Below, piece after piece: positions 26,081 through 38,487 of a stretch of DNA of 64,000 nucleotides (within the stretch, counting starts at the first letter, position 1; each line of letters opens with the position of its first letter). Under the pieces are notes generated by a model. The model did not search any database, had not been told where the DNA came from, and was given only the letters and a program-made list of their open reading frames with translations. Origin of the DNA: Eledone cirrhosa (Eukaryota); NCBI GenBank assembly GCA_964016885.1, contig OZ024741.1, forward strand, positions 141,856,001 to 141,920,000. The letters run 5' to 3'. Position numbers and translations under genes: made by a program.

Positions 26081-27261
26081 TTCATAGATATTAAATATTT
26101 AATGGATGGACCTCCACAGTTTCTGATGATGAGTTTTCTGGTTTCTCGTTCAACGGAACAGCCTGCTCGTGAATTTCACAGACAATTGGCCGGGTATTAC
26201 ACAGACACGTGTTCGCTTCTCGAGAAGATTCAACATGATACAAATACAGTCCATCTTACCAAGTTTTAAATAGTTTTGCGTACATGCAATTTCCTTTAGA
26301 AACCTGAGGCTAAGGTAAATGACACTTACTTAAGAGGCCACGAGTCGGAGGGACGTAATAAGAATGCCATCGTGCCATACGGTATGTCTTGAGCATTTAA
26401 ACTTGATGGGCCCATCCCTCTCAAAGTCTGAACACACTTGATTTCTACCAGAGAGAGGTGGAAAGGAAATAAATATAGAGGAGAAATCCTTCCCAGTTTT
26501 TTTTACTGGCACTTAATTAACCTCGAAAGAATTAAAGACAAAAGTTAACCTCGGCGGGATTTGAACAAATGCCACAACGCATTCTTTCCGACGTTCTAAC
26601 GACTCTGCCAATTCCCCGCCTTCACTCATATATATATTTATGTAAATATTTATTTCAATGAAAATTTTTTTACATTATTTTGTAAAAGAAAATATGGCTT
26701 TAAAACAAGTTTTAAACTTTTCAGAAACATATGCATTTTCTTTTCAAACATATGTTTATTGCAATATAGTGAAAGGTAAGCTTCGGGCGAGTCGTGTTTA
26801 TCATGTGCTTTTAATTCCTGATTAATTTAATGTCATCTCAATTTATTTGCACAGATAATGCCAGAAGATGAGGCATACACGTCTGGCAACATAATAACTT
26901 GGAGCAGGAATAATCAAATAATTAATTTCTTCAAAACCGTACGACCCTCTCCCAGTGTTATAAGGGAAGAAAGTCAATATAGTTGTCTGTTGCACATGTC
27001 TTCTTTCACTGTGGCAATGTGGCAATAGAAGTACACAAAATCCAGAAACTGCTACCACAGACGTGCCGACTTTTCAAAATATTCTATCTTCTTTCAAGAT
27101 ATTCAGACCAACATATACATAAAAATCAAAGCCCTTTCCTTATCATCATCATCATCAACATTCATTTTCCCTTGCTTGTATGGGTTGAACGTGTCTCCTC
27201 CAACACAGATTCCCTCTACTTATATTATGCAGATCGATATACGTATAAATGTTACTGTCCT

Positions 27262-27294
<33 letters not shown>

Positions 27295-27329
27295 TTCACC
27301 ATTATATTCGCCATTTTATATACATTTTC

Positions 27330-27620
27330 CTTGTTTGCATGTGTTGAACGAGTCTTCGCCAGTCCAACTTCCCTTCACACGTTGCGTTCCTTTAAGATCA
27401 GCTCTCACTACCTCCGCCCATTTTTTTTTTCTCTCAGTCTTCCTCAACTGTAGTGTTTCTTTTTCCACTGATATCTCCTGACACACCTTCATTCAACGAT
27501 CATCATCCATATGCATCATCTGTCTGTACCAAAGCAATCTTCCCACTTGTTCACTGCATTTAATGCCCCTTATAACCAGGGTCAACATTTTGAGATTAAC
27601 TCACACTACTTGTGCTCAGG
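27330..27620 (-). mobile_element. Degenerate RTE-like 3' end with (GAT)n tail
   Basis: Minus strand translates to RLLWYRQMMHMDDDR, resembling the RLRWYGHVxRM C-terminal motif of RTEs. Confidence 0.45.
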
Positions 27621-28426
27621 TTTTCCTTGATCTTCTCTTCTGTAACTTCCTTCGATTGGGATATCTTGATAATTCTTTTCTCAACGATCCTCGTGCATAC
27701 AAATCAGTGTCAAAGCAAACACAATCTTGTATCTTACACACCACGTCTGAGTCCTCTTCAGCCCAGTTTTTCTCACAACTTATATGTGCTTCATCATTCA
27801 TGCACGCTAACAATATACATCTATTGGTGCAAGCTTACTTCGTTTCTCTGTGGCCTTCGCAAATCCTCTGTATACATTGCCTAACGTAATTCGTCTCATA
27901 TTAGAGTAGCTTGCAATGCCTTGCAAATGCTACGGTAACAATTACTATGCCAATTTTTGATAGGTTTGTATAAAGTAACAATGCAATTCAATGCTGCGTC
28001 TATCCATGACAATAATATTTACTGCAAGGAGCCATTGCAAGCCATTACAATACTGTACACGCAATAAAATTAGATATGAAAACATTAGTTGAGAGCACTA
28101 CAATTTTATATAGCGTTCCACACAAAATGAAAAGTGTATATATGTTGTCTTTGCTAATAGAAAACTGGAAATGTTATTGTTCTAAACTAAATATAAAGGC
28201 GGTGATAAATAAATACAAAACTTCCTTACAATAAAAACTTAAACTTGAATGTAGTGGTGTGCTTAATAAAACATGTTTAAAAGAGTTCTTCCCTATTTAT
28301 AAACACACACTCACACACATACTCATAAATTTACTGCATGTTACTGCTAACTCTAGTCGAAAACAAATGTCCGTATGTCATCCATGATAAATGTACGTAC
28401 AAACTACCTTATGCATATATATATAA

Positions 28427-29830
<1,404 letters not shown>

Positions 29831-31630
29831 GTAGTTCGCGCGATGAATCAGTGTGTGGGATACAGTATGTTAAAAGGCTGGGTCTTTGAATTAGAGATAC
29901 AAATCCTTTATTTTCCAATTGGTTAGACTAGACTAACGTGAAATAAAGTATCTTGTTCATGGACACACAACTCCCCGGGAATCGAACCCGTTAACTACTA
30001 ATTCACGCACCTTCAATTTAATAGTATACTACATAACTATAAGAAGTGCCGTTATCTACAGTAAAATCATGTCTGACGTTAGTACTTACTTGCTGTGAAG
30101 GCGCGTGACTTAGTGTTTAGAGTGTTCCCCTCAAGATCGTATGGTAGTGAGGTCAAAACCCACAGTGCGTTGAGCAAGAGAGTTTATTTCATGTTACTCC
30201 ATTTCACTCAACAAAATCAATATTTGCAACTATAATGCAAATGGCCATTCTTGTCATGCATATTCACGCAGTGAATCACCCTGAAAACTACCTTCAGGAT
30301 ACACGTGTCTAAAATAGACATAGAGGAAAAATCGACCCCAGTATTGGAGTAGTATTGCACCTATTAACTTCGAAAGGATGAAAGGGAAAGTCAACATCAG
30401 AGAATCGAAGCGAATGCTACAAAGCATTCTCGTTGACATTTTAACGACTTTGCCAACGCACCAGCGAGGTGATGAAATATATATAACGTACAATCTTTTA
30501 ATTATATGGTAAGTTAAAGAGGCAAAAATAACACAAATCATACTCAAAGACTTTGTTATTTCAAAAACATTTTTATTAATACACACCTCAAATGACAATC
30601 ACTGCGGGACGATATAAAAACGCTCGAAGCCAATCAGTAGGACGTATTTCACTGAAATCATAATGAAATCACATATTGATTAGATATATGAAGGAATGCA
30701 ATTACTGAGACAACTTAATATTAAATTACTGTTAAGATTAAAATAATGGAATTTTTCAATCGGCAAAGAAAAGAAATATAATTAAAACGATTTCAGATTA
30801 AAACGTTCTTTGAAACAAAATATCAATTAATATTTTTTATCATATAGAAAGCGACCTGTCTTTTAATCTTTCTGGATTGAAGAAAGGAAAGTTTGTGATG
30901 AATGAGAATTTACAATATTTAAAAATGATTTAGGAATAACCTCTTTTGACCAAGCACAAAGCTATTTTTGTAGGACAAACGATAGAAATGATGGAATCGA
31001 TTTCTTGTATAGCATTCATTGCAGTCATCGGCAAAATGATCTAGGAAGTTTACCGCTGTATGAAAACCAAGTTAAAATCAGGGAAAAATATATCACCATT
31101 ACTGTATCCATATGGGTCAAAATCCTAGTACTCTATTATAATTAAATCATCGATCTATAGAAAATCAATATTTTAAGAATAGAATAAGCAGAAGAGTGAT
31201 AGCATTGCCTTTAATAAGAGCAATATGAAATGACATAAAACAGGAATTGCACTGTGGACAGGCTTGGAAATAAAATAGGAAAATTGATTACAGACATAGC
31301 TACGTTGAATCATACAGATAGAATGAACCTCCGTCGGTTTCGACGATGAGCCTTCCAGTTGTTCGAGCAATGAAAGAGCCTGTTTATGAAATAGACATGT
31401 AAGTGGCTGAACAATCTACAAACACGGGCACTCTTCGCGTAGATATCTGAACGATTCGGCGTGAAAGTGTATACAAGGCTAGTTCTACCTACCAGTTGGC
31501 TTGGCCCGTAAAATCTAAATTTAATTCAGCTTCATTTTACTGCTGCTATGGCATATAAAACTAAATTTCTTTTTCCTCTTTTGAGTAGCATTGTGTGAAT
31601 AAAAATTGAATTTAGATGTCGTCAATAATG

Positions 31631-31671
<41 letters not shown>

Positions 31672-31677
<6 letters not shown>

Positions 31678-31853
31678 CAAATAGTGAAAACAATGAAATT
31701 AAACAAAATACGGGTAATTCATAGTAAAACTCATTATTTATAAATAGAATGAACATACGGAGAACTACCCCCCAGAAACGATCGTAAAATAATGAGTTTT
31801 ACTATGAATTACCCGTATTTTGTTTAATTTCATTGTTTTCACGATTTGTATTA
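31672..31853. repeat. Inverted repeat (~68-bp arms) with a hammerhead 3' half GAAACGATCGTA at the start of the right arm
   Basis: ataatacaaatagtgaaaac...ctcattattt versus aaataatgag...gttttcacgatttgtattat. Downstream 31925-31985 resembles 34000-34060. Confidence 0.9.
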
Positions 31854-31982
31854 TTTTGACACTGCTTACAATGAATTATATCGTTGAAATTTTGTATTTT
31901 AAACTTTGCTTCACAACATCTACATACGGATTACATTGAGTTCTGCATACGGCTTGGACCCTACCATTAATTGGTGGATTTA

Positions 31983-32024
<42 letters not shown>

Positions 32025-32063
32025 GAATAAAAACAAAGAAACAGTTCCTTATATTAAAAAATT

Positions 32064-32200
32064 CATCATTTTACGATCGTTTCTAGGATATATATGTGTG
32101 TGTTAGTATGTATATCATATAGATCTATGTAAAAAATTTACAAACTATCAGAGGGAATATACATTACCTACACATATATATACTGTCTTCAGAAATAATG
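32064..32200 (-). ncRNA. Type I hammerhead ribozyme with a ~100-nt stem II insertion
   Basis: cattattt-CTGAAGA-cagtatatatatgtgt...acacatatatatccta-GAAA-cgatcg-TA-aaatgatg. 8-bp stem I and intact core. Confidence 0.75.
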
Positions 32201-32917
32201 ATATTGGTTTATTGAAAAAAACCAACAAAGATTTAATATAATAGGTCTGTTTGGGAACAGGTTTTGAATTGACCAATAGAAAAGTAGTAAGTGGTCAAGT
32301 TGATAGAATAGTAGTAGTATAAATTTAATTTAGGGGTAGAGGAATGCAGACTTCAGTTTTGAATGGAAAGAGTATTTTGAATGAAAAGATTACTTTGGGT
32401 ATGAAAATAGGTCAAGCCGGTGAAAGGTACACAAAAATTTGATGTTATTAAGGAATAATGCTAATGTTAAAATCTAAGGAGAATAAGATTTTACGATAAA
32501 TGTGTTAGTGAAAAATATCAATCTTATTTAAAACATAAGGAATTTAAATCAATAAAAAGAAATTAAATTAATTTAATTGATAGGTATATTTATAGGGATA
32601 AATTTATATTAATTCAGATAGATATGATAAATAAGAGTAAAATGTTAATAAAGAATGTTGTTAAAAACGAAGGAAAATGATTTTTTTGGGGGGATAAATG
32701 TATTAGTGAGAAATAACAAACTTATATAGATTACAAGGAATTTAGATTCATAACAGGAAATTAAAATAGTTTATATGTATACTTATTGGTATAAATTTTT
32801 GGAAAAGATAGCTGTAAAAGGGAAATAAATTATGCAGTTCTTAGTAGTAGAATATTAATTATAGGTTAACTAATTTAAACAAATTAATTATAATAATTTG
32901 GAAAATATAAGTGTATA

Positions 32918-33481
32918 TTAATTAGGTTTATAATATTTGAAAGTTTTTCTAATTCTATGATTGCACGATATAATTAATTCTTGTCGCTTATTTAATAGGA
33001 TATCCTTAGATTTCATTATTTCAAAAAGTTCCTGGGAACATAATTTACATTCATATCTATTATTTTGATAAGGGGTGGCCCTTTTGAGCACACTCCAGGT
33101 CAGGTTATAATCGATATTCTTTTTTCTATAATTATTAATTATTTCAGCTAAGGATGCTGTATTAGCTAATGCGGCATTTTTAAAACTGTGTTTGTGGCTT
33201 TTAAATCTTACTTTAAATTGGTTAGAAGTAGCTTCTATATATGAATAAGTTGAGTCCTTAGTGCTAATTTTACATTTATATACAATGTTATTAATAAGGC
33301 AATTTCCTTTTAATGGGCAATTTGCTTTGTTTCTACAGTTACAACCTTTCGTGAATGTTATATCAGGGGAGTTAGTCAAATTAGGTGTGGAATTTTCTCG
33401 ACTTGTATGTGAATGAGATGGTGGTTTGCTGTGGTTTATTTTAGTATTATGGTTAGTTTGATGTGTTGGTGGTATATTCAT
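32918..33481 (-). pseudogene. GIY-YIG endonuclease domain of a Penelope-like element
   Basis: CNCRNKANCPLKGNCLINNIVYKC...SYIEATSNQFKVRFKSHK...CKLCSQE...LLNKRQE. The conserved YIG reads YIE here. Confidence 0.88.
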
Positions 33482-33651
33482 GGTTTTTTTTTACATTTAT
33501 ATGCATTGTAGGCACTTATATTTTGTTGTATATTTTTGGTTGTGGAGTAGGAGAATTTGACCGTTGATCTATTTAAAATTTGATGGTATTTATTTGATGG
33601 TATTTATTAAACAACATCGAAACCGTTATAGATGAGTTACTTGGTATAAAT

Positions 33652-33730
33652 TAAAGATAATATACCTAAAAAACTTTTAAAGATAATATACCTAAAAAAC
33701 TTTTAAAGATAATATACCTAAAAAACTTTT
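33652..33730. repeat. 26-bp tandem triplication (taaagataatatacctaaaaaacttt)
   Basis: Visible directly; lies at the PLE inversion junction. Confidence 0.9.
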
Positions 33731-34077
33731 TACTATCCTAGAGAAAAACTTCCCGCCAAACCATAAATTCCATCAAATTTTAAATAGATCAACGGTCAAA
33801 TTTTTTTACATAGATCTATATGATATACATACCAACACACACATATATATCCTAGAAACGATCGTAAAATGATGAATTTTTTAATATAAGGAACTGTTTC
33901 TTTGTTTTTATTCATTATTTTTATTAATTTATCTTGACTCTGTTTTCCTTTGTTTTTCATCGAAAAGATTTTGAATACATCTTCTCTTTTCATGATATTT
34001 GGATTACATTGAGTTCTTCATACGGATTGGTCACTACCGTATATTTTGGTAGATTTATCTACATATATATATATATT

Positions 34078-34282
34078 AGTAGAAATGTAAGCTATCGCCG
34101 TATTTTGACTAAAGAAATTAAAGAAATTATTTAGCCTGATAGTGGGGTTAAGAACCCTCGGAGAAATGGAAAAAGATGAGTATTGACGTTCCATTTCTCC
34201 GAGGGTTCTTAACCCCACTATCAGGCTAAATAATTTCTTTAATTTCTTTAGTCAAAATACAGCGATAGCTTACATTTCTAAT
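34078..34282. repeat. Near-perfect palindrome (~93-bp arms, 17-bp spacer) between (TA)n tracts
   Basis: tagaaatgtaagctatcgc...gagaaatggaa / ttccatttctc...gcgatagcttacatttcta. Confidence 0.97.
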
Positions 34283-34592
34283 AATTTCAAACCAACTCGC
34301 TGTTTCGAAAATATATATATATATATATATTAAATAGATGACATTCATTTCTATAAATCTATATTTGAGGTTGGTGGGACCTTAGACATGATAAGACAGG
34401 GGCAGAAGGGGATGTAGAATAAATATGGTTTGAACATATGCTGTCGAACGGAGACTACGGCAGTTCGTTAAATTTATATTTTCTGTCGAAGGAGGTGTCC
34501 GACAGCGACCAGGAACAAAGCACTTAGATGAACTATTTACATGCGTAATTGTGTTTCGTGTATGTATGTCCCAATGTTGGCCACTATGTTAC

Positions 34593-34880
34593 ATATGAGG
34601 TGTAGTAGATTCTGTTTCTCTGTTATATACGAAGTGTGACGGCGTCTGTTCTCTCTTACATATGATGTGTAGTGGCGTTTGTGTCTCTGTTGGGGTCTCT
34701 TTCTCTGTTAAATACGATGTGTAGTGGCGTCTGTTTCTTTTATATACGATGTGTAATGGATTTTGTTTCTCTATTATATATGAGGTGTAGTGGCGTCTTT
34801 TTCTGTGTTTCATATGATGTGAGGTGGCGTCTCTTTCTCTGTTATATACGATGTGTAGTAGCGTCTCTGTTATATACGAT
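34593..34880. repeat. ~34-bp minisatellite x ~8
   Basis: Consensus close to atacgatgtgtagtggcgtctgtttctctgttat. Confidence 0.9.
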
Positions 34881-35262
34881 ATATCAAGCCGACGGAAGTA
34901 ATAGAATCAAATATCACATGTTGTTTATCTGTATTATAAGTTTTGCACTTTAACGAATTATCACGACTAAACCAAGCTAAGTACATACATTACATATTTA
35001 TTTGCTTCTCGTTGTGCTCAGACTTCAAATAACGTTGAGTCTACATCGCCTTTCATTGCTTGGAGGGGTCAATAAATGTAATACTGTTTTAATGTAAAAC
35101 GATTTGTTTGATGATAGCAATGCTTACAAATGTGTAACGTTATTAGCAAGAGATTAGAATTAGAATTCTCGTAGTTAATTAGTAGTGACTCAGCAAAAAA
35201 TGCCTGTGGGTTTCATATAATAATTTGATTTAATCCAAATACTGGTAATCATGTGTAATAAT

Positions 35263-35681
35263 TGTTTCTACTTTAGGCACAAGGCCAGCAATTACCCAGA
35301 GCATTACTGGTACTTTATTTTATCGACCCTGTAAGGATGAAAGGCAAAGTTAACCTCGGCGGGATTTGAACTTCAGACTGTAAAGGGACGTAACTATGCT
35401 AGAAAGCATGGCGTCCAACCCTCTACCGATACTGCCAATGCACCGCCCTCATGTGTAATAATGATTTCTAGTATAGGCACAAGGCCAGTAATTTGTGGGG
35501 GGAGGGGAAAGTCGATTAAATCGACTCAGTACGTTACTGATGCTTTCTTTTATCGACCCCGTAAGGATGAAAGGCAAAGTTAACCTCGGCGGGGTTTGAA
35601 CTCAGACCGTAAAGGACCTTAACTCTATGCGGTAAAGCTTGGTGTCCGACTCTCTACCGATACTGCCAATCCACTGCCCTT
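35263..35681 (-). mobile_element. Two family-1 SINEs of different subfamilies with a triplicated 14-bp TSD
   Basis: tcatgtgtaataat at 35249, 35449 and 35682. Confidence 0.92.
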
Positions 35682-35868
35682 TCATGTGTAATAATAATTA
35701 ATGATGTAGCTTGTTATTTTCTTAAGTATAAGCTAATATTAAGTAGAATGCTCTATCTATTAGTACCTCTACCGATCTGTTGCTCTCTGGTACATCAAAT
35801 GTTCTTCAACAATACACATCTTTCTTAATAATGACTTTAGACTATGTAGTAAAACAGTTATTCATAAT

Positions 35869-36087
35869 TGTTTCTACTCTTAACACAGGGCCAGCAATTT
35901 GAAGATAAAGGGAAACGTCGATTAAATCAATCCTAGTGTTTACTGGAACTTTGTTTTATCGACCCTATAAAGATGAAAAGCAAAGCTAACCGCAGCAGGA
36001 TTGGAATTCAGAACGTAAAAGGCAGTAACTCTATCACGCAGAGCATGTTGTCCAACGCTCTACCGATACTCCCATTCCACTACCCTG
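35869..36087 (-). mobile_element. Family-1 SINE with a 17-bp TSD
   Basis: aaacagttattcataat at 35852 and 36088. Confidence 0.88.
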
Positions 36088-36441
36088 AAACAGTTATTCA
36101 TAATAGAAAATAACATACTCATCTGTAACTAATTCAAATACCGTTCTATATATTATCGAGACTATAATAAAGTAAGGAGCGCGGGACTGCATCCAAAATA
36201 AATTTTTTTATCCCGTTTGTAAAATAAGTTCGATTACTTTGAATAAATGATGAATGAATATTACATAATTCATGTACTAAACTTCGTAACTAAATTTTGT
36301 ATTTATAAATAATTTAAAATTGACTTCTTTTCAAAATTTCAAATTTCTACACTTCCGGTATATCGTCGCCACCACTACCACTTCAACTACCATATATATA
36401 TAAAGAGAGAGTTTTTGATGAGAGAGAGAGAGAGAGAGAGG

Positions 36442-36517
<76 letters not shown>

Positions 36518-36779
36518 GGTTTTCTACACGCTGACGCGTATGATTGTGCACATACATCTATAGGTATGAGTATATAACTATAATAGCGCAAACACTAACA
36601 AATATAATATATACAAAGGAAAGGGTAAGGAATAAAAAGAAAGAGACAAAATACACAAGCACGTAATGCTCACATCTAAGACCCCATAGAACAATATACA
36701 GCCGAAAGAATGGAAAAACGAGACGCTACTAGAGCAAAAGATACCAATGTAGCGAGGAGCACTGGGAAACCTCTCTAAT

Positions 36780-37200
36780 AATTTTTGAAGCAAGCCAGCA
36801 CGCTCGCAGCGTTACCTGGGGTAATGGCGAGGCTGAGGTGCTGGAACAACTAAGTTCCCTCGTGAGCATCACCTGTTACCTCTGTTTGGCGAGCCGCCAG
36901 TGAAGATAAGAATCTCGCTGTCTATAGCCCGACTCCCTCAAACGTCTCGAACGCCCCAGGCTGGATAATGTAGTTAGCTGACAGAACATGGTATTTTAGG
37001 ATTTTGTTCCGTTCAGCTGCGGATGCTGTAGCTCTCGTCCTTACCGTTGCATCCAGAATGTGGGAGGAAGCAAAAGAGTAACTGTGACTGCCCAGGTAAG
37101 TCACCTGCCTCTTGACCAGGAGCACAGATTAAGACCGTCAAGTCTTTTCCCATCAATTCTGGACAACCCAGACGGTTCCAAAATTGAGGGGATGTTTTTC
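36780..37200 (-). pseudogene. CRE-clade non-LTR retrotransposon 3' fragment (RLE domain)
   Basis: Frameshifted translation ILEPSGLSRIDGKRLDGL...SFASSH...AAERNKILKY...AFETFEG...LFQHLSLAITPGNAASVL, which matches the CRE C-terminal pattern. Confidence 0.75.
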
Positions 37201-37384
37201 CGGGCCAAAGCTCTTGAGTGGTAATAGGACAGTGTGTGTATGTGCACGCGCGAGTTTGTCGGTGTTCTTAAAGACGTGTGTGTGTGTCACTGTTTTTAAG
37301 TTAGAGACATATGTGTGTATCCCTTTCCTTCCTTTTACACACACATACATTCACACAAACACACATACACATTGTGTGATTGAC

Positions 37385-38058
37385 GGGTGGACAGAAGTCC
37401 CTCAAATTTATATACATGTGAATGGAGTTCTACTGAAGCAGTTAGAGAAGTTCAAGTATCATGGAGCCGTGTTAATGAGTGATGGAATGCAGGAGGCTGA
37501 ATTAAGTGCAAGAATTGCAAAAGCTGATGCAGTAATGCGCCAGCCTCAGCAATCAGAATAAGGGGGGTAGGTGTAAAAGCCAAACTCGCTGTCTTCCTGG
37601 TATTCCTGCCAACTCTTACCGAGGATCATGAATCTTGAGTAATGACCAAAAGAATACAATTGCAAATAAAAGCGGCAGAAATGGGATTCCTCCGAAGGGT
37701 CTTTGGAGTAACGTTACTCGATAAAGTGCCTAGCTCAGAGACCAGAGAGTCACTCCTGGTAGAGTTGCTACTTCTCTGAATTGAGAGATCACAACTCCGA
37801 TATTATGAGGATGTGGTTTGAATGTCTCAGTAGAGAATCCCTGGACACATTTTACTGACAAAACCAACCGTTAAGAAACCCAGGGGTAGACCCTGAGCAG
37901 AATAGTTGGATAACATCCATGAGCTTGGCTGGTCACGCTTTGGGATCCAGCTGGATCAGTTAGAGATGTTTGCTTCTGACAGACGCTGGAAGGAGTGTTT
38001 GAGAAGGACTCTGATCCCACGACCCTCTCAGAAATAAGTGGGCGAAGAAGAAGAAGAT
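37385..38058 (+). pseudogene. RTE-clade LINE 3' part with (GAA)n tail
   Basis: NGVLLKQLEKFKYHGAV...ELSARIAKA, AAEMGFLRRVFGVTLLDK and KPRGRP motifs, with stops and frameshifts. Confidence 0.8.
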
Positions 38059-38487
38059 ACTGTCAATTTACTTTTCAATTTACATATATATATATATGCG
38101 TATAATACCAATATGCACACTACATATGCTAGCAGAAAAGCGCCCGGTGGTTAGCATTGTTTTGGTCATGATCGTATTGTCGTACGTATGGTGTGTTTTG
38201 TCTTGGTACAAAACATTTTATTTCACATCATTTCAGTCCACTCACCTGGAAAGAAATTCCCTGTAACTACAATTCGAAGGGGCATCTTTGTCACAGTCAC
38301 TATGTCGTTCTGAATCTCCCTGATAACTAACTACGTAAGTCATATATGTGTCTGTGGAGTACTTGACCACATGTGCGTTACTGAAGATCTGTAGCTCAGT
38401 GGTTAGTGCGTTCGACATCTGGCATTGCGTCGCAACCTGGAGCTAGACATTTTTACTTCCCGTTATTCCAGTCCATTCAGCTGTAAA

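Larger units (their letters stand above)
32016..34062 (-). mobile_element. 5'-truncated Penelope-like element (Neptune-like) with inverted pseudo-LTR, flanked by (TA)n
   Basis: GIY-YIG ORF, a 3' hammerhead, and 32016-32140 inverted at ~33797-33925. An inverted ORF piece at 33730-33800 reads ILEKNFPPNHKFHQILNRSTVK. Confidence 0.88.

Noticed and set aside
26843-27058. IIPAPSYY resembles the Argonaute/Piwi C-terminal IPAPAYY motif
   Set aside because: Only ~7 residues match, the spacing to upstream motifs is wrong, and there is no exon structure. BLASTX would settle it.
32016-33925. DNA transposon with long TIRs
   Set aside because: The inverted ends contain the hammerhead and flank a GIY-YIG ORF, consistent with an inverted PLE pseudo-LTR. 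No transposase is present.
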